A DNA stretch of 32,000 nt, taken from assembly GCA_030167145.1 (NCBI GenBank), contig CP126532.1, positions 3,720,001-3,752,000 of the forward strand. Reading direction: 5' to 3'. Below, piece after piece: positions 31,659 to 32,000 of the stretch (its first letter is position 1; the number at the start of each line of letters is the position of its first letter). Under the pieces are notes generated by a model that saw only the letters and a list, made by a program, of their open reading frames with translations, did not search any database and was not told the origin of the DNA. Position numbers and translations under genes: made by a program. This stretch comes from Ktedonobacterales bacterium (GTDB taxonomy: Bacteria > Chloroflexota > Ktedonobacteria > Ktedonobacterales > JADMIN01).

Positions 31659-32000
31659 TCAGTCGTCTTGGGTTTCGTCGTCACCAGACGAACGTTTGCG
31701 TTCAGTTAAGCGTAACGGTATCGAGAGCTTCCCGGTGCCGCGGCGCGCGGGCGCCACAGGCGCATCAGCATCCCCGGCGAGTGCGGCGTATTTGGCCTCG
31801 GCTTCGCGCTCCAGTTGTTCGGCGTAGGTGTTCCAGATGGAGACACGCCAGAGGGTCAGGGTTTCCTGGGCATCGAAGCTTTCATCTATCACTGGCGGTT
31901 CATCGAGCCGCTGCTCAAGGATCGAGGTTTCCTCCCAGCGGGTGACCGCATGGTCTACGGCGGCGCGGGTGCGGTCGAGATGGCGTCCGGCTACTTTCTC
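31659..32000 (-). CDS. hypothetical protein, C-terminal part (ORF open to the window edge)
   Basis: My own translation of the minus strand stays open from 32000 down to the stop at 31659 (...HLDRTRAAVDHAVTRWEETSILEQRLDEPPVIDESFDAQETLTLW...). GC3 codon bias is good. The ORF track only shows the part from the internal GTG at 31892. Confidence 0.45.
   Translation of the reverse strand, partial: EKVAGRHLDRTRAAVDHAVTRWEETSILEQRLDEPPVIDESFDAQETLTLWRVSIWNTYAEQLEREAEAKYAALAGDADAPVAPARRGTGKLSIPLRLTERKRSSGDDETQDD

Overview
The window is visibly GC-rich bacterial chromosome with strong GGAGG-type ribosome-binding sites. Taxonomy cannot be established from sequence alone; the style, including G/C-rich palindromic intergenic elements, is compatible with a Chloroflexota-like or actinobacteria-like genome. 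Three blocks are visible.

(1) 1-11.8 kb is housekeeping. It holds a membrane protein, an orphan NarL/LuxR-type response regulator and a PlsC-like acyltransferase. These are followed by a complete F1Fo ATP synthase operon (atpZ-like, then atpB-E-F-H-A-G-D-C) and a convergent hisC.

(2) 12.1-24.8 kb looks accessory. It starts with an XRE-HTH/NB-ARC/TPR STAND NTPase, a 770-bp non-coding gap and an orphan family-5 solute-binding lipoprotein. Next comes a ~2 kb repeat-saturated locus with a strong-RBS ORF that encodes an HTH protein interleaved with several DNA repeat families. The block ends with an atypically long TPR-RecQ helicase, a polytopic membrane protein and a TIR-TPR protein.

(3) 24.9-32 kb is a minus-strand CUT1-type sugar ABC transporter operon (Tat-lipoprotein binding protein, two permeases, ATPase). 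Upstream of it sit an alkaline-phosphatase-superfamily enzyme and a partial upstream gene.

I saw no rRNA, tRNA, CRISPR array, transposase or integrase. The most unusual directly visible signal is the 17.3-19.3 kb repeat locus. It has six co-oriented, frame-phased copies of AGTTGCCGATnnnGCCGATTT, a 47-bp repeat pair, a 24-bp repeat read in two frames, nested REP-like hairpins and a 39-bp tandem in a predicted long leader. The most plausible candidates for an undescribed immune or signalling function are the TIR-TPR gene (with its neighbouring membrane protein), the STAND NTPase and the TPR-RecQ. No functional link between them can be shown from sequence alone.
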